A program made the position numbers and the translations under genes. A model generated the notes under the pieces. The model was not told the origin of the DNA, ran no database searches, and saw only the letters and a list, made by a program, of their open reading frames with translations. From Alphaproteobacteria bacterium (GTDB lineage Bacteria; Pseudomonadota; Alphaproteobacteria; UBA6615), in the NCBI GenBank assembly GCA_038137215.1, contig JAYQBG010000007.1, forward strand, positions 41,403 through 105,402: 64,000 bases of DNA, given 5' to 3'. Shown piece by piece: positions 24,128 to 35,529 of this stretch (position 1 is the first letter of the stretch; the number at the start of each line of letters is the position of its first letter).

Positions 24128-24972
24128 CAGGCCTGGTCGTAGCCTTCGACGTAGTCGTCGGGCCGGATACCCGTCACGAACAGCCCTTCCGCATCGGCCG
24201 CCGCGATCAGCCTGTCGCGGTCGAGAACCAGCGTGGCGCCGGCCCCCACCGCGATGCCAGCCAGTCCCGAGGCACAGGCCGCTGCCACCGTGTCCGGCCC
24301 GATGGACGGCATATCGGCCCGGGTCTCCTGACCCGGCTTGTGGAGCTTGACCATCACGCCGCCGCGTCCCTCGCGCAGCAACGGGCCGCAGCGTTCCAGC
24401 AAGGCATAGGTCCCCTCCGCGGCTTCCAAGCCCAGCACAATGCCCTGCTGCACGACGACGGCCTGGCCGATATCCAGCGGCCCTGTCGCCTGCAGCACGC
24501 GCACGCCATGGGCGATATCGGCCTCGACCTCGGCATCGGGGCGAAACTGCCCAAAGGGGCCGGCGGGAGCGGCTAGATCGTTGAGCACGTCCGAAGCCCC
24601 GACGACACGGAACCCCTCCTCTTCCTCGAGCGCGTGGACAATCGCGCCGAGCAGGCCGTCATCGCCCTTGTTCAGAAGACCCAGGCCGAGGAACTTCGCG
24701 GCCCGGCGATCCGGCCGCAATTCACGCAGGGTCGGGCGACGGACCGGCCCGGCCATGACAATCTCGGAGACCCCGGCATTGCGAAGCTGGTCGAGCGCCT
24801 CGCCGGCCGCACCCAGGCGCACCCAGGCATGGGGCGTGTCACCGACCACATCCGGATCGGCCTGGCCTTCAAAGGCGATGACAAAAACCTCGCGCCCGGT
24901 GGCACGGCAGGCTTCGACGAGATATCCGGGCAACGGGCCGCCACCGGCAAGAATTCCGAGCTTAGCCGCCAT
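24127..24972 (-). CDS. lpxI: UDP-2,3-diacylglucosamine diphosphatase LpxI (DUF1009)
   Basis: [21 protein letters not shown] start; DUF1009 family located between lpxA and lpxB, as in Caulobacter. Confidence 0.75.
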   Translation of the reverse strand: MAAKLGILAGGGPLPGYLVEACRATGREVFVIAFEGQADPDVVGDTPHAWVRLGAAGEALDQLRNAGVSEIVMAGPVRRPTLRELRPDRRAAKFLGLGLLNKGDDGLLGAIVHALEEEEGFRVVGASDVLNDLAAPAGPFGQFRPDAEVEADIAHGVRVLQATGPLDIGQAVVVQQGIVLGLEAAEGTYALLERCGPLLREGRGGVMVKLHKPGQETRADMPSIGPDTVAAACASGLAGIAVGAGATLVLDRDRLIAAADAEGLFVTGIRPDDYVEGYDQA

Positions 24973-25762
24973 TGGTCGTTTTGGGCTGCAGGATCGCGCG
25001 CGAGGATTCCTGGCGGACGAAGTCAACAACCTCCATCACGACCTCATCTTCCGGATAGAGCGCAACCACGTCATCGACCCGTTCCTGCATCGTCCCCTCC
25101 TGGGCAAACAGGAGCCGGTAGGCCGTGCGCAGATTGTGAATTTTGTCGCGCGGGTATTCGCGGCGCTGCAGGCCGACAAGGTTCAGGCCGCGCAAGCGCG
25201 CCCGTTCTCCCATCGCGGACCCGTAGGGGATCAAATCCTGCTCGATCCCCGACATCCCGCCGATCATCGCATGCGCACCGATGCGCACAAACTGATGGAC
25301 CGCCGACAAGCCGCCGATGATCGCAAAATCACCCACCTCGACATGACCGGCCAGTGTGGCGTTGTTGGCCAGGATGACGCTGTTTCCCACGATACAGTCA
25401 TGGGCGACATGCGCGCCCATCATGAACAGGCAATCATCGCCGACCGTCGTGACCATACCGCCACCTTCGGTGCCGGGATTCATGGTCACATGCTCGCGAA
25501 TGCGGCACCGCGCGCCGATCGTCAGGGTCGATTTCTCGCCCGCATATTTCAGGTCCTGGGGCGCCAGGCCGATGGATGCGAAGGGAAAGATCTCGGTGCC
25601 GGGGCCGATCGTGGTCCGGCCGCCCACCACAACATGGCTGTGCAGGCGCACCCCGCCGCCGAGAGAGACCTCCGCACCGACGATGCTGTAGGGCCCCACC
25701 TCAACATCCGCGCCAAGCTTTGCACCATCTTCAACAATGGCGGTCGGGTGAATTGCGCTCAT
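24962..25762 (-). CDS. lpxA: Acyl-ACP--UDP-N-acetylglucosamine O-acyltransferase
   Basis: 266 aa; left-handed beta-helix hexapeptide repeats; LpxA. Confidence 0.93.
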   Translation of the reverse strand: MSAIHPTAIVEDGAKLGADVEVGPYSIVGAEVSLGGGVRLHSHVVVGGRTTIGPGTEIFPFASIGLAPQDLKYAGEKSTLTIGARCRIREHVTMNPGTEGGGMVTTVGDDCLFMMGAHVAHDCIVGNSVILANNATLAGHVEVGDFAIIGGLSAVHQFVRIGAHAMIGGMSGIEQDLIPYGSAMGERARLRGLNLVGLQRREYPRDKIHNLRTAYRLLFAQEGTMQERVDDVVALYPEDEVVMEVVDFVRQESSRAILQPKTTNGG

Positions 25763-26245
25763 TCAGGCATCCATAATCATCGCGGAATAAGTTGCTTCTG
25801 CCACTGTCACGTCGCCGACTTTGGCAACGCCGTCGAATTTCCAGACATTCCGGCGATTGCGCTGAATGGAAACAAACAGTTTGACCTGATCGCCCGGCAC
25901 CACTGGTTTGCGGAACCGGGCATTGTCGATGGTCATGAAATACACGAGTTTGCCAAGCGCTTCTTCCCCGAGCGTCTCGACAACGAGGACCGCAGACGTC
26001 TGGGCCATCGCTTCAATGATGAGAACGCCCGGCATGACCGGCCGGACCGGAAAATGGCCGGCAAAAAACGGCTCGTTGATGGTGACGTTCTTGATGCCGG
26101 TCGCGCTCTGGCTCACGACAATATCTTCGACCTTGTCGATCATCAGGAAGGGCTGGCGATGGGGAATCATCTCCATCACTTCGAGAATATCGACAGTGTC
26201 TCGCGCGATGCGCGCAGGTTGCGATTGTTCGACTTTTGTATCCAT
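25763..26245 (-). CDS. fabZ: 3-hydroxyacyl-ACP dehydratase FabZ
   Basis: PHRQPFLMIDKV...FFAGHFPVRPVMPGVLIIEAMAQ; ATG at 26245 chosen. Confidence 0.93.
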   Translation of the reverse strand: MDTKVEQSQPARIARDTVDILEVMEMIPHRQPFLMIDKVEDIVVSQSATGIKNVTINEPFFAGHFPVRPVMPGVLIIEAMAQTSAVLVVETLGEEALGKLVYFMTIDNARFRKPVVPGDQVKLFVSIQRNRRNVWKFDGVAKVGDVTVAEATYSAMIMDA

Positions 26246-26280
26246 GGCTCGAGACCGCGCGATCCCCAAAAATAAAGTTC

Positions 26281-27309
26281 TCAGTCCTTACGGCCACGCT
26301 CTTTGGTGAGCTTTGCCAGAACCGCCATCTGACGAAAATACTCTTTCGCCGGGATGGCCGGATTGCCCGCAAGCCTTGCCCCCGCCTCGGTGTCACGCAT
26401 GATGCCGCTGCGTGCCGCAAGCTGGGTACCCGGTGCAATCGTAAGGTGTCCCCCGACACCAGATTGTGCCGCCAGAACAACGAAATCACTCAACTCGGCG
26501 CTGCCGGCAACACCGGCCTGTGCCACAACGACACAACCGCGACCCATGCGGACGTTGTGCCCGATCTGCACCAGATTATCAATCTTGCAGCCATCCCCGA
26601 TCACCGTATCCGGCCCTGCGCCCCGGTCGATGGTCGCATTTGCACCGATCTCGACGTCATCGCCGATTATCACGCGCCCCAGCTGCGGCACATTCAGATG
26701 CCCTTCCGGTGACATATCGAAGCCAAACCCGCGTGTGCCAATTCGCACACCCGGATGCAGTTCACATCTTGCGCCGATATCACAAAAGCCAAGGCTCGCA
26801 TTGGCCCCGATGCGGGTCTCGGGCCCCACCGACACGCCTTGCCCGATGACGGCCCCCGGTCCGATCTGGACGCCGCGGGCAATCCGCGCACCGGCCTCAA
26901 CCACCGCGTTCGGACCGATGGAAACGGCTTCGCCAATCTCGGCATGCGCGTCGACAAAGGCTGCGGCATGAACAACGGGTTCGGCCGGCGTGCCCGGATA
27001 AAAGGCGCTCGCGATGCGTGCATAGGCCCGATAGGGCTTCTCGGTCAGGATCAGCACCATTCCTGCTGGTGCACGATCGGCAAACTCCGGTGCCACGATA
27101 CAGGCACCGGCCGCCGAAGCCTCGAAATCCGAGACGTATTTACGATTGTCGAGAAAGCTGATGGTGTCGCCCGTTGCATCCTGCAGTGCAGCGACATCCA
27201 CAACCGACAGGGTCGGATCGCCTCGGACCTCGGCCTCCTCGCTGGCCAGAGCCGCGAGTTCGGAGACCTGAAACGGGCCCTTGTTTTCAAAGAAACGGGG
27301 ATCGGCCAT
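26281..27309 (-). CDS. lpxD: UDP-3-O-(3-hydroxyacyl)glucosamine N-acyltransferase
   Basis: 342 aa LpxD with hexapeptide repeats. Confidence 0.93.
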   Translation of the reverse strand: MADPRFFENKGPFQVSELAALASEEAEVRGDPTLSVVDVAALQDATGDTISFLDNRKYVSDFEASAAGACIVAPEFADRAPAGMVLILTEKPYRAYARIASAFYPGTPAEPVVHAAAFVDAHAEIGEAVSIGPNAVVEAGARIARGVQIGPGAVIGQGVSVGPETRIGANASLGFCDIGARCELHPGVRIGTRGFGFDMSPEGHLNVPQLGRVIIGDDVEIGANATIDRGAGPDTVIGDGCKIDNLVQIGHNVRMGRGCVVVAQAGVAGSAELSDFVVLAAQSGVGGHLTIAPGTQLAARSGIMRDTEAGARLAGNPAIPAKEYFRQMAVLAKLTKERGRKD

Positions 27310-27323
27310 CGACAGATCAGCCG

Positions 27324-27902
27324 CTACTGTTCGTTGCGATCGAGCGCCATGTCGACCTTGTCGAGACGGGCATTCAACCGTTCCAGAGCCTGGTCGCTGA
27401 TATTGAATGAATCCACCGCGACGACGATCTGGGATCGGGGCAGCACCAGATTTACCCCCATCTCCTCAGCCAGCTTGCCGACCTCCTCAAACAGGGTGAT
27501 CTGAATCCGCTGCATGGTCTGCGCCATCCCGCGATCCAGTGTCTGACGGAGAGAGCGCGCGCGCTGCTGAAGGGCGGCTGCGCGTTCCTGCAGGGCCTGG
27601 CGTTCCTGAGCATATTTTTCCGGTGACAGAAGCGCGCGCTGTTGCTGCAGATTCTGTTCTGCCGTCCGCAGCTTTTCTTCCTCTTCGGCGATTTCCTGCT
27701 GCAGATCCTTGGCGATCACATCAATCTGGCTGCGCGCCGATTTCACGGCCAGCGACTGCCGCATCACGCCTTCCACATCCACAATGGCAATGGAGGGGAC
27801 TGGAGGTTTCTCGGCGTTCTGCGCAAATGCCGATGACGCACTCAACGCAGCAAACCCGATGAGGAAGGCAGCAGCGAACCGCAAGCGTGACATTGATTTC
27901 AC
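27324..27902 (-). CDS. skp: OmpH/Skp family periplasmic chaperone
   Basis: 192 aa; signal peptide and a coiled-coil rich in Q/E/R; lies between bamA and lpxD. Confidence 0.85.
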   Translation of the reverse strand: MKSMSRLRFAAAFLIGFAALSASSAFAQNAEKPPVPSIAIVDVEGVMRQSLAVKSARSQIDVIAKDLQQEIAEEEEKLRTAEQNLQQQRALLSPEKYAQERQALQERAAALQQRARSLRQTLDRGMAQTMQRIQITLFEEVGKLAEEMGVNLVLPRSQIVVAVDSFNISDQALERLNARLDKVDMALDRNEQ

Positions 27903-27906
27903 TCCG

Positions 27907-30204
27907 TTAGAACCGGGTTCCGAAACTGAAACTGAAGAACTCGGTCTTGTCGAAATCTTCTTTCAGAACTGCGCGGGTCAGATCAATCCGGATCGGACCG
28001 GCGGGTGACACCCACCCCAAACCGATACCGACTGAGGCGCGCAGGGACGACGAATCTTCGATATTGGGGAACGGATCGTCATTGCCCCAAACCGAACCGA
28101 CGTCACTGAACACGGCGCCCTTGATATCAAACTCTTCAGGCAGGCCCAGAGGGAACTGCATTTCGGCCGAGGCCCGATAGAACTGTGTGCCGCCCAGGGA
28201 GTCATCGGTCGAGACGTCACGCGGCCCGAGACCACCGAGTTCGAATCCACGAAGCTTGGCGCCGCCCAGGAAGAACCGCTCGGAGATCCGAATTTCATCA
28301 TCCAGATCGCTGATCAAACCCGCTGAACCGTCAAGACTGCCGACAATGGAGGTGCCGAACAGGCTCTCGAAAATACCGGCGCTGACCTCGTTGCGCAGAA
28401 ACCGCTCTGTTCCGCCGAGGCCGGCAAGATCCACATCGTAACGCAGGAAATATCCATCGGTCGGCGTGAACCGGCTGTTGCGCGCGTCGTAGAAAAACTC
28501 ATTGCCGATCGAGGATGTCGAGAACGTGCCTTCCTGTGCCCGGATGGCCGGTGATGCATCGGCCGCCAAATCATCGATTCTGTCGCGCGAGAACGTATAG
28601 CGGGCGGTATGGCGCAGCCGTGGGGTGAGTTGGTAACCGGCCCGCAAACCGAATCCGGCCTCGTCCTCCTGAAAGGAACTACGATCGCCGAAATCCGTGG
28701 TCCGATAAAACGCATCCACACCGGCCGCGAGTTCACGCTCCAGGAAATACGGCTCGGTGAAACTCAGATCAATCTGTTGCTGCCGGGTCGCCAGGGTCGT
28801 GCTCAGGCGCAGATCCTGCCCGCGACCCAGCAGGTTGCGTTCGCGAATGGTGAGATCGCTCAGGAGACCGGCTGTAGAGGAGAAGCCCGCACCGATCGAG
28901 AGTTCACCGGTCGACTGTTCCTGGACATCGACGCTGATCACTGTGCGGTCCGGCGCACTGCCGGGATTGTTGTTCACATCGACCCGCGCAAAGAAGCCCA
29001 GATCCTGCAACCGCTGGCGGGTCCGCCGCAGCTTGGCCGTGTTAAAGGCATCACCCTCTGCCAGGGTAAACTCGCGACGGATGACCTCGTCCAGAGTCCG
29101 GACATTGCCGCCGATATCGATGCGTTCGACAAAGACCCGCGGTCCTTCACGCACTTCATAGGTGACGTTGATCTTCAGTTCGTCCCGGTCCCGATCGACC
29201 CGGGGACGGACATCGACGAAGGCAAAACCACGTTCACCCAGCGTATCGGTGACGGCCTGAACCGTATTCTCAACTTCGGTGGCGTCGTAAATATCACCAG
29301 GCTCGGCATCGATCAGGCCGACAAGGTCTTCTGCCTCGACACCGCGCAACTGGCTGCTCACATCAAGCTCACCAAAGGCATAAAGCGGTCCTTCGTCGAG
29401 CGTGAACGTGACGATGAAATCTTCGCGATCCTCGGTCAGCTCGGCAATCGCCGAGACCACCCGGAAATCCGCAAACCCCTCCGACAGATAGAAACGCCGT
29501 AGCAATTCCCGGTCGAAGGACAGGCGATCCGGGTCGTAAGTGTCGTTCGAGGCGAGGAAATTGTAAAAGTTCGATTCGGTGGTCTGGATAACATCCCGCA
29601 AACTGCCGTCGGAAAACTCCACATTGCCGATAAAATTGATACTGCGGATACCGGTTGAACCGCCCTCTTCGATCTCGAACACCAGATCAACCCGGTTTTC
29701 CGGCAACTGAATCACCTTGGGATCTACCGTCGCGGCAAAACGTCCGGAGCGCCGGTAAACATCGAGCAGGCGTCGCACATCGCTCTGCACCTTGGTGCGC
29801 GTGTACACCACGCGGGGGCGCAAGCTCACCTCGGCCTGCAAAGTCTCATCATCGAGCCGTCGATTGCCCTCAAAGGCAATTCGGTTGATGATCGGATTCT
29901 CCACCACCTGCACGATCAGTGAATTGCCTTCGCGTCGCAGGGTCACATCGGCGAACAGGCCCGTGTTGAAAAGGGTTTTGAGAGAATCATCGACCCTCGC
30001 CGCACTGTATCGATCGCCCGGGTTGATCTGCATGTAGGAATTCACGGTTGCAGGATCGATCCGCTGCGTGCCCACGACCCGAATCTCGTCGATTACGGCA
30101 CCGCCGCTGGACTGCGCGGAAACGTCTTCACCCGCACCAACTCCCGCGAGCAAGAGCCCAGCCAGTAGAATCGTGACAGATAGGTTGATTACGCGGGAGA
30201 TCAC
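27907..30204 (-). CDS. bamA: Outer membrane protein assembly factor BamA
   Basis: 765 aa; POTRA repeats and a C-terminal Omp85 barrel ending ...FSFSFGTRF. Confidence 0.95.
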   Translation of the reverse strand: MISRVINLSVTILLAGLLLAGVGAGEDVSAQSSGGAVIDEIRVVGTQRIDPATVNSYMQINPGDRYSAARVDDSLKTLFNTGLFADVTLRREGNSLIVQVVENPIINRIAFEGNRRLDDETLQAEVSLRPRVVYTRTKVQSDVRRLLDVYRRSGRFAATVDPKVIQLPENRVDLVFEIEEGGSTGIRSINFIGNVEFSDGSLRDVIQTTESNFYNFLASNDTYDPDRLSFDRELLRRFYLSEGFADFRVVSAIAELTEDREDFIVTFTLDEGPLYAFGELDVSSQLRGVEAEDLVGLIDAEPGDIYDATEVENTVQAVTDTLGERGFAFVDVRPRVDRDRDELKINVTYEVREGPRVFVERIDIGGNVRTLDEVIRREFTLAEGDAFNTAKLRRTRQRLQDLGFFARVDVNNNPGSAPDRTVISVDVQEQSTGELSIGAGFSSTAGLLSDLTIRERNLLGRGQDLRLSTTLATRQQQIDLSFTEPYFLERELAAGVDAFYRTTDFGDRSSFQEDEAGFGLRAGYQLTPRLRHTARYTFSRDRIDDLAADASPAIRAQEGTFSTSSIGNEFFYDARNSRFTPTDGYFLRYDVDLAGLGGTERFLRNEVSAGIFESLFGTSIVGSLDGSAGLISDLDDEIRISERFFLGGAKLRGFELGGLGPRDVSTDDSLGGTQFYRASAEMQFPLGLPEEFDIKGAVFSDVGSVWGNDDPFPNIEDSSSLRASVGIGLGWVSPAGPIRIDLTRAVLKEDFDKTEFFSFSFGTRF

Positions 30205-30261
30205 ACGCTTGTCCCTGTTACGCCAGTTGCCCGTTTCTGCTTTCCGGTCAGACCCTTAAGT

Positions 30262-31389
30262 TCAGGTCACCAGCGATACAATCCGCTGAACCACCGGAAG
30301 TCGAGCAATATCATTGAACGTGGCGAATAGCATGAGGCTAAGCACGAAAACCAGCCCGATTTTCAATCCGAACTCCTGCACCAACCGCCCGGGCGGCCTG
30401 CGAACGACCGCCTCATAGGCATAAAACAGCAGATGTCCGCCATCGAGCAAAGGAATTGGCAGCAGGTTTATCAATCCGAGATTGATCGAAAGAAATGCCG
30501 CAAAGACAAACAGCGTGATAATTCCGGCATCGGCCGCACTGTCGGACATCTGGGCGATTCGGATGGGTCCGCCGAGTTCCTTGGCGCTGCGTTCGCCGCC
30601 GAACATCTGGCCGATGGCGGTCACCGTGACCGAGACAAGCCGCACGGTTTCGCGAACCGATTGCCAGGCCGCCGTCGGAATGCTGTGGGTTTCATAGGCC
30701 CGCTCCAGCCCGCGCACTCCCAACACGCCCAGTCGCGCCTCGTCCCCCAACCCATCTGGCTGCATTGTTACGGTGGGTGTTGCGACCAGATCCAGGGCCC
30801 GGCCATCGCGGTCGATCGTGATCGGCACTGGAATTCCAGGATGCAGGCGGATGAGCTGCTGGACCTCTTCGAACCGTTCGATCGAGCGCCCCGCCACTTC
30901 AGTAAAGGTGTCACCGGGTTCCAGACCCGCTTCTTCCGCGGCCGATCCGGGCACCACCTCGGAAACGATGGCCGGCGTGAAAGGCTGGCCGGCCGTGGCA
31001 AACAGGACGGTGAAGATCAGGAGCGCAAACAGCAGGTTGGCGAACGGGCCCGCGGCAACAATCGCGGCTTTCTGACCCAGAGATTTCGCAAAGAACGCAA
31101 CCTTCTTTTCGTCTTCGCTCAGCTCCTCCTCACCCTCATCGGGCTCAAGGTCGCTCTGACCGAACATTTTGACGTAGCCGCCGAAGGGAATAAGACTGAA
31201 CCGCCACCGGGTGCCGGACTTGTCGGTATAGCCGAAGAGTTCACGCCCGAAGCCGACGGAGAACACCTCCACCCGCACACCGGCCCGACGCGCAAACCAG
31301 TAGTGCCCAAACTCGTGAACAAACACGAGCGGAGTGAGCACCACCAGAAAGTAAAACACCACTTCGACTGTCTCGAAGATTCCGCCCAT
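30262..31389 (-). CDS. rseP: RIP metalloprotease RseP (site-2 protease)
   Basis: HEFGHYWFARRAG (HExxH) motif, a PDZ region and multiple TM helices. Confidence 0.9.
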   Translation of the reverse strand: MGGIFETVEVVFYFLVVLTPLVFVHEFGHYWFARRAGVRVEVFSVGFGRELFGYTDKSGTRWRFSLIPFGGYVKMFGQSDLEPDEGEEELSEDEKKVAFFAKSLGQKAAIVAAGPFANLLFALLIFTVLFATAGQPFTPAIVSEVVPGSAAEEAGLEPGDTFTEVAGRSIERFEEVQQLIRLHPGIPVPITIDRDGRALDLVATPTVTMQPDGLGDEARLGVLGVRGLERAYETHSIPTAAWQSVRETVRLVSVTVTAIGQMFGGERSAKELGGPIRIAQMSDSAADAGIITLFVFAAFLSINLGLINLLPIPLLDGGHLLFYAYEAVVRRPPGRLVQEFGLKIGLVFVLSLMLFATFNDIARLPVVQRIVSLVT

Positions 31390-31448
31390 GCGGACACTCT
31401 CCCTTCAACGCGTTGGCGCGAGCATATCGCGCAATGCTTGAATTGGCG

Positions 31449-32648
31449 TTAAGAACCGGATTTTACAAGCGTTTCAGCCATCGCTCTCGCTTCGTCGTCC
31501 AGGGCACGGAAGTCATCAAGGCTCGATATACGGCGCGCTTCCACGCGTTCGAGAACCTCAGAGACCAGCCGGGCGATGTCCAGAAATCCTATCAAATTGT
31601 TGAGAAAGCTCTCTACAGCCAACTCATTGGCGGCATTGAGAACCGCCGTGCTGCCATTTCCCGCATCCAAAGCACTGCGCGCCAGACCGATTGCGGGAAA
31701 ACGTTCATCATCGGGATGTTCAAAGTCGAGCGAGCCAATGGCAGCCAGATCAAGCCGCGCAACCGGCGTTTGCATACGTGCCGGCCAGGCCAGAGCATGC
31801 GCAATCGGAACCCGCATATCGGGCGGCCCCAGTTGCGCCAGCATGGATCCATCGGTGTAGGCGACCAGTGAATGGACCACGGACTGCGGGTGGACCAGAA
31901 CCTCGATATCGTCCGGTGCCACGGGAAAGAGGTATGCCGCCTCAATCAACTCCAGACCCTTGTTCATCATGGTTGCGGAATCGACCGAGATCTTCCGGCC
32001 CATATCCCAGTTCGGATGCGCCACCGCCTGTTCCGGCGTCGCTGCAACCATCTGTTCGCGTGACCATGTCCGGAACGGCCCACCGGAGGCGGTCAGTATC
32101 AGTTTTTCGACGTCACCTGCATTCTCGGTCTCAAACACCTGGAAGATCGCATTGTGCTCACTGTCGAGCGGCAGGAGCGTGGTTCCGGCGCGCGCGCATT
32201 CCTCAAGCACCAGATCGCCGGCACAGACAAGACATTCCTTGTTTGCCAATGCGACGGCAGATCCCTGCCGAATGGCGGCAATCGTGACATCCAGGCCCGC
32301 AGCCCCCACGATCCCGGCGACCGTCAGGTCGACGGCCTGCTGGCCGGCCTGAATGAGCGCATCAGCACCTGCCGCAACCTCGACACCGGTGTCTGCGAGC
32401 AACGATTTCAGTTCCGCGTAGCCGCGTTCATCGGCAACAACTGCAACATCAGGGCGAAATTCACGGGCCAGATTTGCCAGTTCCCCCACGCTGCGATTGG
32501 CCGTGAGGACGGAGACATCGAAGGAATCCGGGTTTTCCCGAACAAGGTCGATTGTGCTGGTGCCGATTGAACCCGTGGCACCGAGTATCGAGATGCGACG
32601 CCGGTGTCCCGAAACCAATGCGGTCTGTGAAACTTCGGTCACTGCCAT
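31449..32648 (-). CDS. dxr: 1-deoxy-D-xylulose 5-phosphate reductoisomerase
   Basis: 399 aa from MAVTEVSQ...ISILGATGSIGTSTIDLV; the longer ORF in the track is read-through into cdsA in another frame. Confidence 0.95.
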   Translation of the reverse strand: MAVTEVSQTALVSGHRRRISILGATGSIGTSTIDLVRENPDSFDVSVLTANRSVGELANLAREFRPDVAVVADERGYAELKSLLADTGVEVAAGADALIQAGQQAVDLTVAGIVGAAGLDVTIAAIRQGSAVALANKECLVCAGDLVLEECARAGTTLLPLDSEHNAIFQVFETENAGDVEKLILTASGGPFRTWSREQMVAATPEQAVAHPNWDMGRKISVDSATMMNKGLELIEAAYLFPVAPDDIEVLVHPQSVVHSLVAYTDGSMLAQLGPPDMRVPIAHALAWPARMQTPVARLDLAAIGSLDFEHPDDERFPAIGLARSALDAGNGSTAVLNAANELAVESFLNNLIGFLDIARLVSEVLERVEARRISSLDDFRALDDEARAMAETLVKSGS

Positions 32649-33471
32649 TGCAACAAGCCCGCGCCAAAAAACAAAACAAATGCCGCCAGAATCGGGGCTG
32701 CGAAGAGTACGCCGTCCACCCGGTCGAGTACACCACCATGACCGGGAATCAGGGTTCCGGAATCCTTCACACCAAACCGCCGTTTGACCCAGGATTCGAA
32801 CAAGTCCCCGCATTGCGTGGCAATCGAAAGCAGAACTCCCATGAGGAGAAATGGCTCCGGCGGGACCAATGTCACCCAAACCAGCCCCACAACACCGATC
32901 GTCACGAACACCAAGGCCCCCAATGCGCCCGACCACGTCTTGTTCGGACTGATCGCGGGCGCCAGGCGCGGGCCGCCGATCAGGCGGCCTGCAACATATC
33001 CGCCGATATCGGACAACCAGACAGCGCCGAACAGCAGAAACACCAGCTCGCGCCCCACCAGCGGTGTTTCGCGCAGATACAGCAGCGCCAGGCTCGCAAT
33101 CCCGATATAGAGTACCCCCGTCACGGTCCATCGGCGGTCGGACCAGGGCGTCCCGAATGCCGAGACAGCCAGACCCACAACAACCAGAAGCGCAAAGATG
33201 CCGGCAGCCGGACTTGCCTCGGCCCCGATCACCACAATGAACAATGACCCCAGGATCAGGATCGAGCCGACACCACGCGACGCAAGCCCGATCATCTTTC
33301 GCCACTCTCCGCCGCCGGCAACAGACAACACAGCCAGCAGCGCTGCGAACCACAAATCTCCGAACCAGACACAGATCAGCGCCAAAGGCCCCAGGACAAG
33401 GGCACTGATGATTCTGAGGGTAAGGTTGCCGGCCCTTGTTGACGGAACCGGCTGATCTGGTCGCGTATCGC
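32639..33471 (-). CDS. cdsA: Phosphatidate cytidylyltransferase
   Basis: CdsA-family membrane protein with a C-terminal GGVLDRVDG motif; the start is uncertain (probable TTG at 33471). Confidence 0.8.
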
Positions 33472-33482
33472 CGCTCAAAAGT

Positions 33483-34211
33483 CTATCCCGCAATCGCGCC
33501 GAATCTGCGCTCTCTGCGGTTGAACTCGGCGATGGCTTTCTCAAGCCCGTCCCGTCCGAATTCGGGCCAGTAATCGTCGGTGAAGACGAATTCGGTGTAG
33601 GCACTCTGCCAGAGCAGGAAATTGCTGATGCGCTGTTCATTGCTTGTCCGGATCATCAGATCGGGATCCGGAAGGTCACGGGTCCAGAGATGCTGGCTGA
33701 ACATCTCCACGGTGATTGCGTCGGGCTGGAGTTCACCGGCTGCAACCTTTTCCGCCAGAACGCGGGACGCCGTCACAATATCCTGACGCCCGCCATAGCT
33801 GAGTGCTGCGGTGAGATTGAGCCCGTCATTCTCAGCCGTCATGGTCTCGGCTGCTTCGATCAGGGAAACGATGTCCTTGGGAAACCGGCTGCGGTCGCCC
33901 ACCACCCGGATGCGAATGTTCTTGCGATGGAGTTCGGCCGTTTCGGATTGCAGATAGCGGCGCAACAACCCCATCAGCACAGAGACCTCCAGTTCGGGGC
34001 GATTCCAGTTTTCAGAACTGAACCCGAAGAGCGTCAGATATTCGATCCCGAACTCGATCGCGGCATCCAGCGTGCGCTGCACGGCTTCAGTGCCTTTCCG
34101 ATGCCCCGCAGTTCTCGGCAAGCCATGCGCACGGGCCCAGCGCCCGTTCCCGTCCATGATGATGGCAACGTGTTCAGGCACTGTTGCCCGTTCATCAGCT
34201 TCGAGCGCCAT
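33483..34211 (-). CDS. uppS: Isoprenyl transferase (undecaprenyl diphosphate synthase)
   Basis: HVAIIMDGNGRWA motif; 242 aa. Confidence 0.93.
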   Translation of the reverse strand: MALEADERATVPEHVAIIMDGNGRWARAHGLPRTAGHRKGTEAVQRTLDAAIEFGIEYLTLFGFSSENWNRPELEVSVLMGLLRRYLQSETAELHRKNIRIRVVGDRSRFPKDIVSLIEAAETMTAENDGLNLTAALSYGGRQDIVTASRVLAEKVAAGELQPDAITVEMFSQHLWTRDLPDPDLMIRTSNEQRISNFLLWQSAYTEFVFTDDYWPEFGRDGLEKAIAEFNRRERRFGAIAG

Positions 34212-34216
34212 CTTCG

Positions 34217-34771
34217 TCAGACCTGCATGATCTCCTGCTCTTTCGTTTCGAGCAGTTCATCGACCAGCTTGATGTGGTCATCGGTGAGTTTCTGAATGTC
34301 CTCACCCCAGACGCGATGTTCGTCTTGCGAGATTTCGCCGTCCTTCTCCATCCGCTTAAGCGTATCCATCCCGTCCCGGCGCACATTGCGCACGGCAATA
34401 CGGGCCTGCTCGGCGTATTTTGCGGCCACTTTCGTCATTTCTTCGCGTCGTTCCTCGCTCAATTCCGGGATCGGCACGCGGATCAGATTGCCTTCGGTCT
34501 GCGGATTGAGGCCCAGTTCGGCGTCCTGAATGGCTTTTTCGGTTGCCTTGATATTGCCGTTGTCCCAGACCTGCACAGTCAAAAGACGCGGTTCGGGCAC
34601 GCTCACCGAGGCCACCTGATTGAGCGGCATGGCGGAGCCATAAGCATCCACCTGAATATTCTCGAGCAGGCTCGTCGAGGCACGGCCCGTGCGCAGACCG
34701 GAAAATTCACGCTGAAGTGCTTCCAGCGCGCCGTCCATGCGGCGTTTGAGATCACTTTCGTCGGCAGACAT
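34217..34771 (-). CDS. frr: Ribosome recycling factor
   Basis: 184 aa from [23 protein letters not shown]; ATG at 34771. Confidence 0.93.
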   Translation of the reverse strand: MSADESDLKRRMDGALEALQREFSGLRTGRASTSLLENIQVDAYGSAMPLNQVASVSVPEPRLLTVQVWDNGNIKATEKAIQDAELGLNPQTEGNLIRVPIPELSEERREEMTKVAAKYAEQARIAVRNVRRDGMDTLKRMEKDGEISQDEHRVWGEDIQKLTDDHIKLVDELLETKEQEIMQV

Positions 34772-35496
34772 TAACCTTCTCCCCTCACGGTCGTGAAACA
34801 TCCTTCGCCGTGGAGAACCCGATGGACTTCCCCGGCATTCTGGATGGAAAACACGAGAATCGGAATATCGTTTTCCCGGCACAGCGTTATCGCAGCTGCA
34901 TCCATGACTTTGAGGTCACGCTGCAGCACATCGAAGTGAGTCAGCAACTCGAAACGTTCCGCATTCGGGTCCTTTTCCGGATCTGCCGAGTAAATACCGT
35001 CAACCTTGGTGCCCTTGAGCAGACAATCGCAGTCCATTTCCGACGCACGAAGTGCTGCTGCGGTATCGGTCGTGAAGTAGGGATTGCCGGTGCCGGCAGC
35101 AAAAATCACGACCCGTCCCTTTTCCATATGCCGAACCGCACGGCGCCGGATATAGGGCTCACAGACGGTGGACATGGGAATGGCCGAGAGAACGCGGGTC
35201 GGCACGTCGATACTTTCGAGTGCACTTTGCAGGGCGAGCGCGTTCATGACGGTCCCGAGCATGCCCATATAGTCCGCTGTGGCACGCTCCATCCCCTGGG
35301 CTGCGACGGACACACCGCGAAAGATGTTTCCGCCGCCAACAACAAGGCACAACTCGATGCCACTGGCGTGGACTTGCGCAATATCGGCTGCGATACGATC
35401 AACCGTGTCAGGGTTCAGCCCGAATTCCCCATCACCCATGAGAACTTCGCCTGAAATCTTCAGCAGGACGCGTTTGTAAGGTCCTTCACCTGTCAT
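34771..35496 (-). CDS. pyrH: UMP kinase
   Basis: 241 aa; [14 protein letters not shown] motif. Confidence 0.95.
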   Translation of the reverse strand: MTGEGPYKRVLLKISGEVLMGDGEFGLNPDTVDRIAADIAQVHASGIELCLVVGGGNIFRGVSVAAQGMERATADYMGMLGTVMNALALQSALESIDVPTRVLSAIPMSTVCEPYIRRRAVRHMEKGRVVIFAAGTGNPYFTTDTAAALRASEMDCDCLLKGTKVDGIYSADPEKDPNAERFELLTHFDVLQRDLKVMDAAAITLCRENDIPILVFSIQNAGEVHRVLHGEGCFTTVRGEG

Positions 35497-35529
35497 CGTC
35501 CGACCGCCTCCCTGCAGCCGCGATGCCGG

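Noticed and set aside
24440-26275. 611-aa ORF on the plus strand, with other long plus-strand ORFs at 38443..41130 (895 aa), 50354..52354 (666 aa), 1289..2638, 3419..4384, 9507..10577 and 23126..24142
   Set aside because: Each lies entirely antisense to well-conserved genes (lpxI/lpxA/fabZ, dnaE, rnj, kdsA/eno, pyrG, the yibQ-like gene, lpxB). The composition is Arg/Gly/Pro-rich and stop codons are scarce, which is typical of shadow ORFs in 63% GC DNA; none shows a recognisable domain.
31449-33353. 634-aa ORF suggesting an N-terminally extended Dxr
   Set aside because: The N-terminal 235 aa are Arg/Cys-rich read-through of cdsA in another frame. The true Dxr starts at the MAVTEVSQ methionine (32648), giving a standard 399-aa enzyme.
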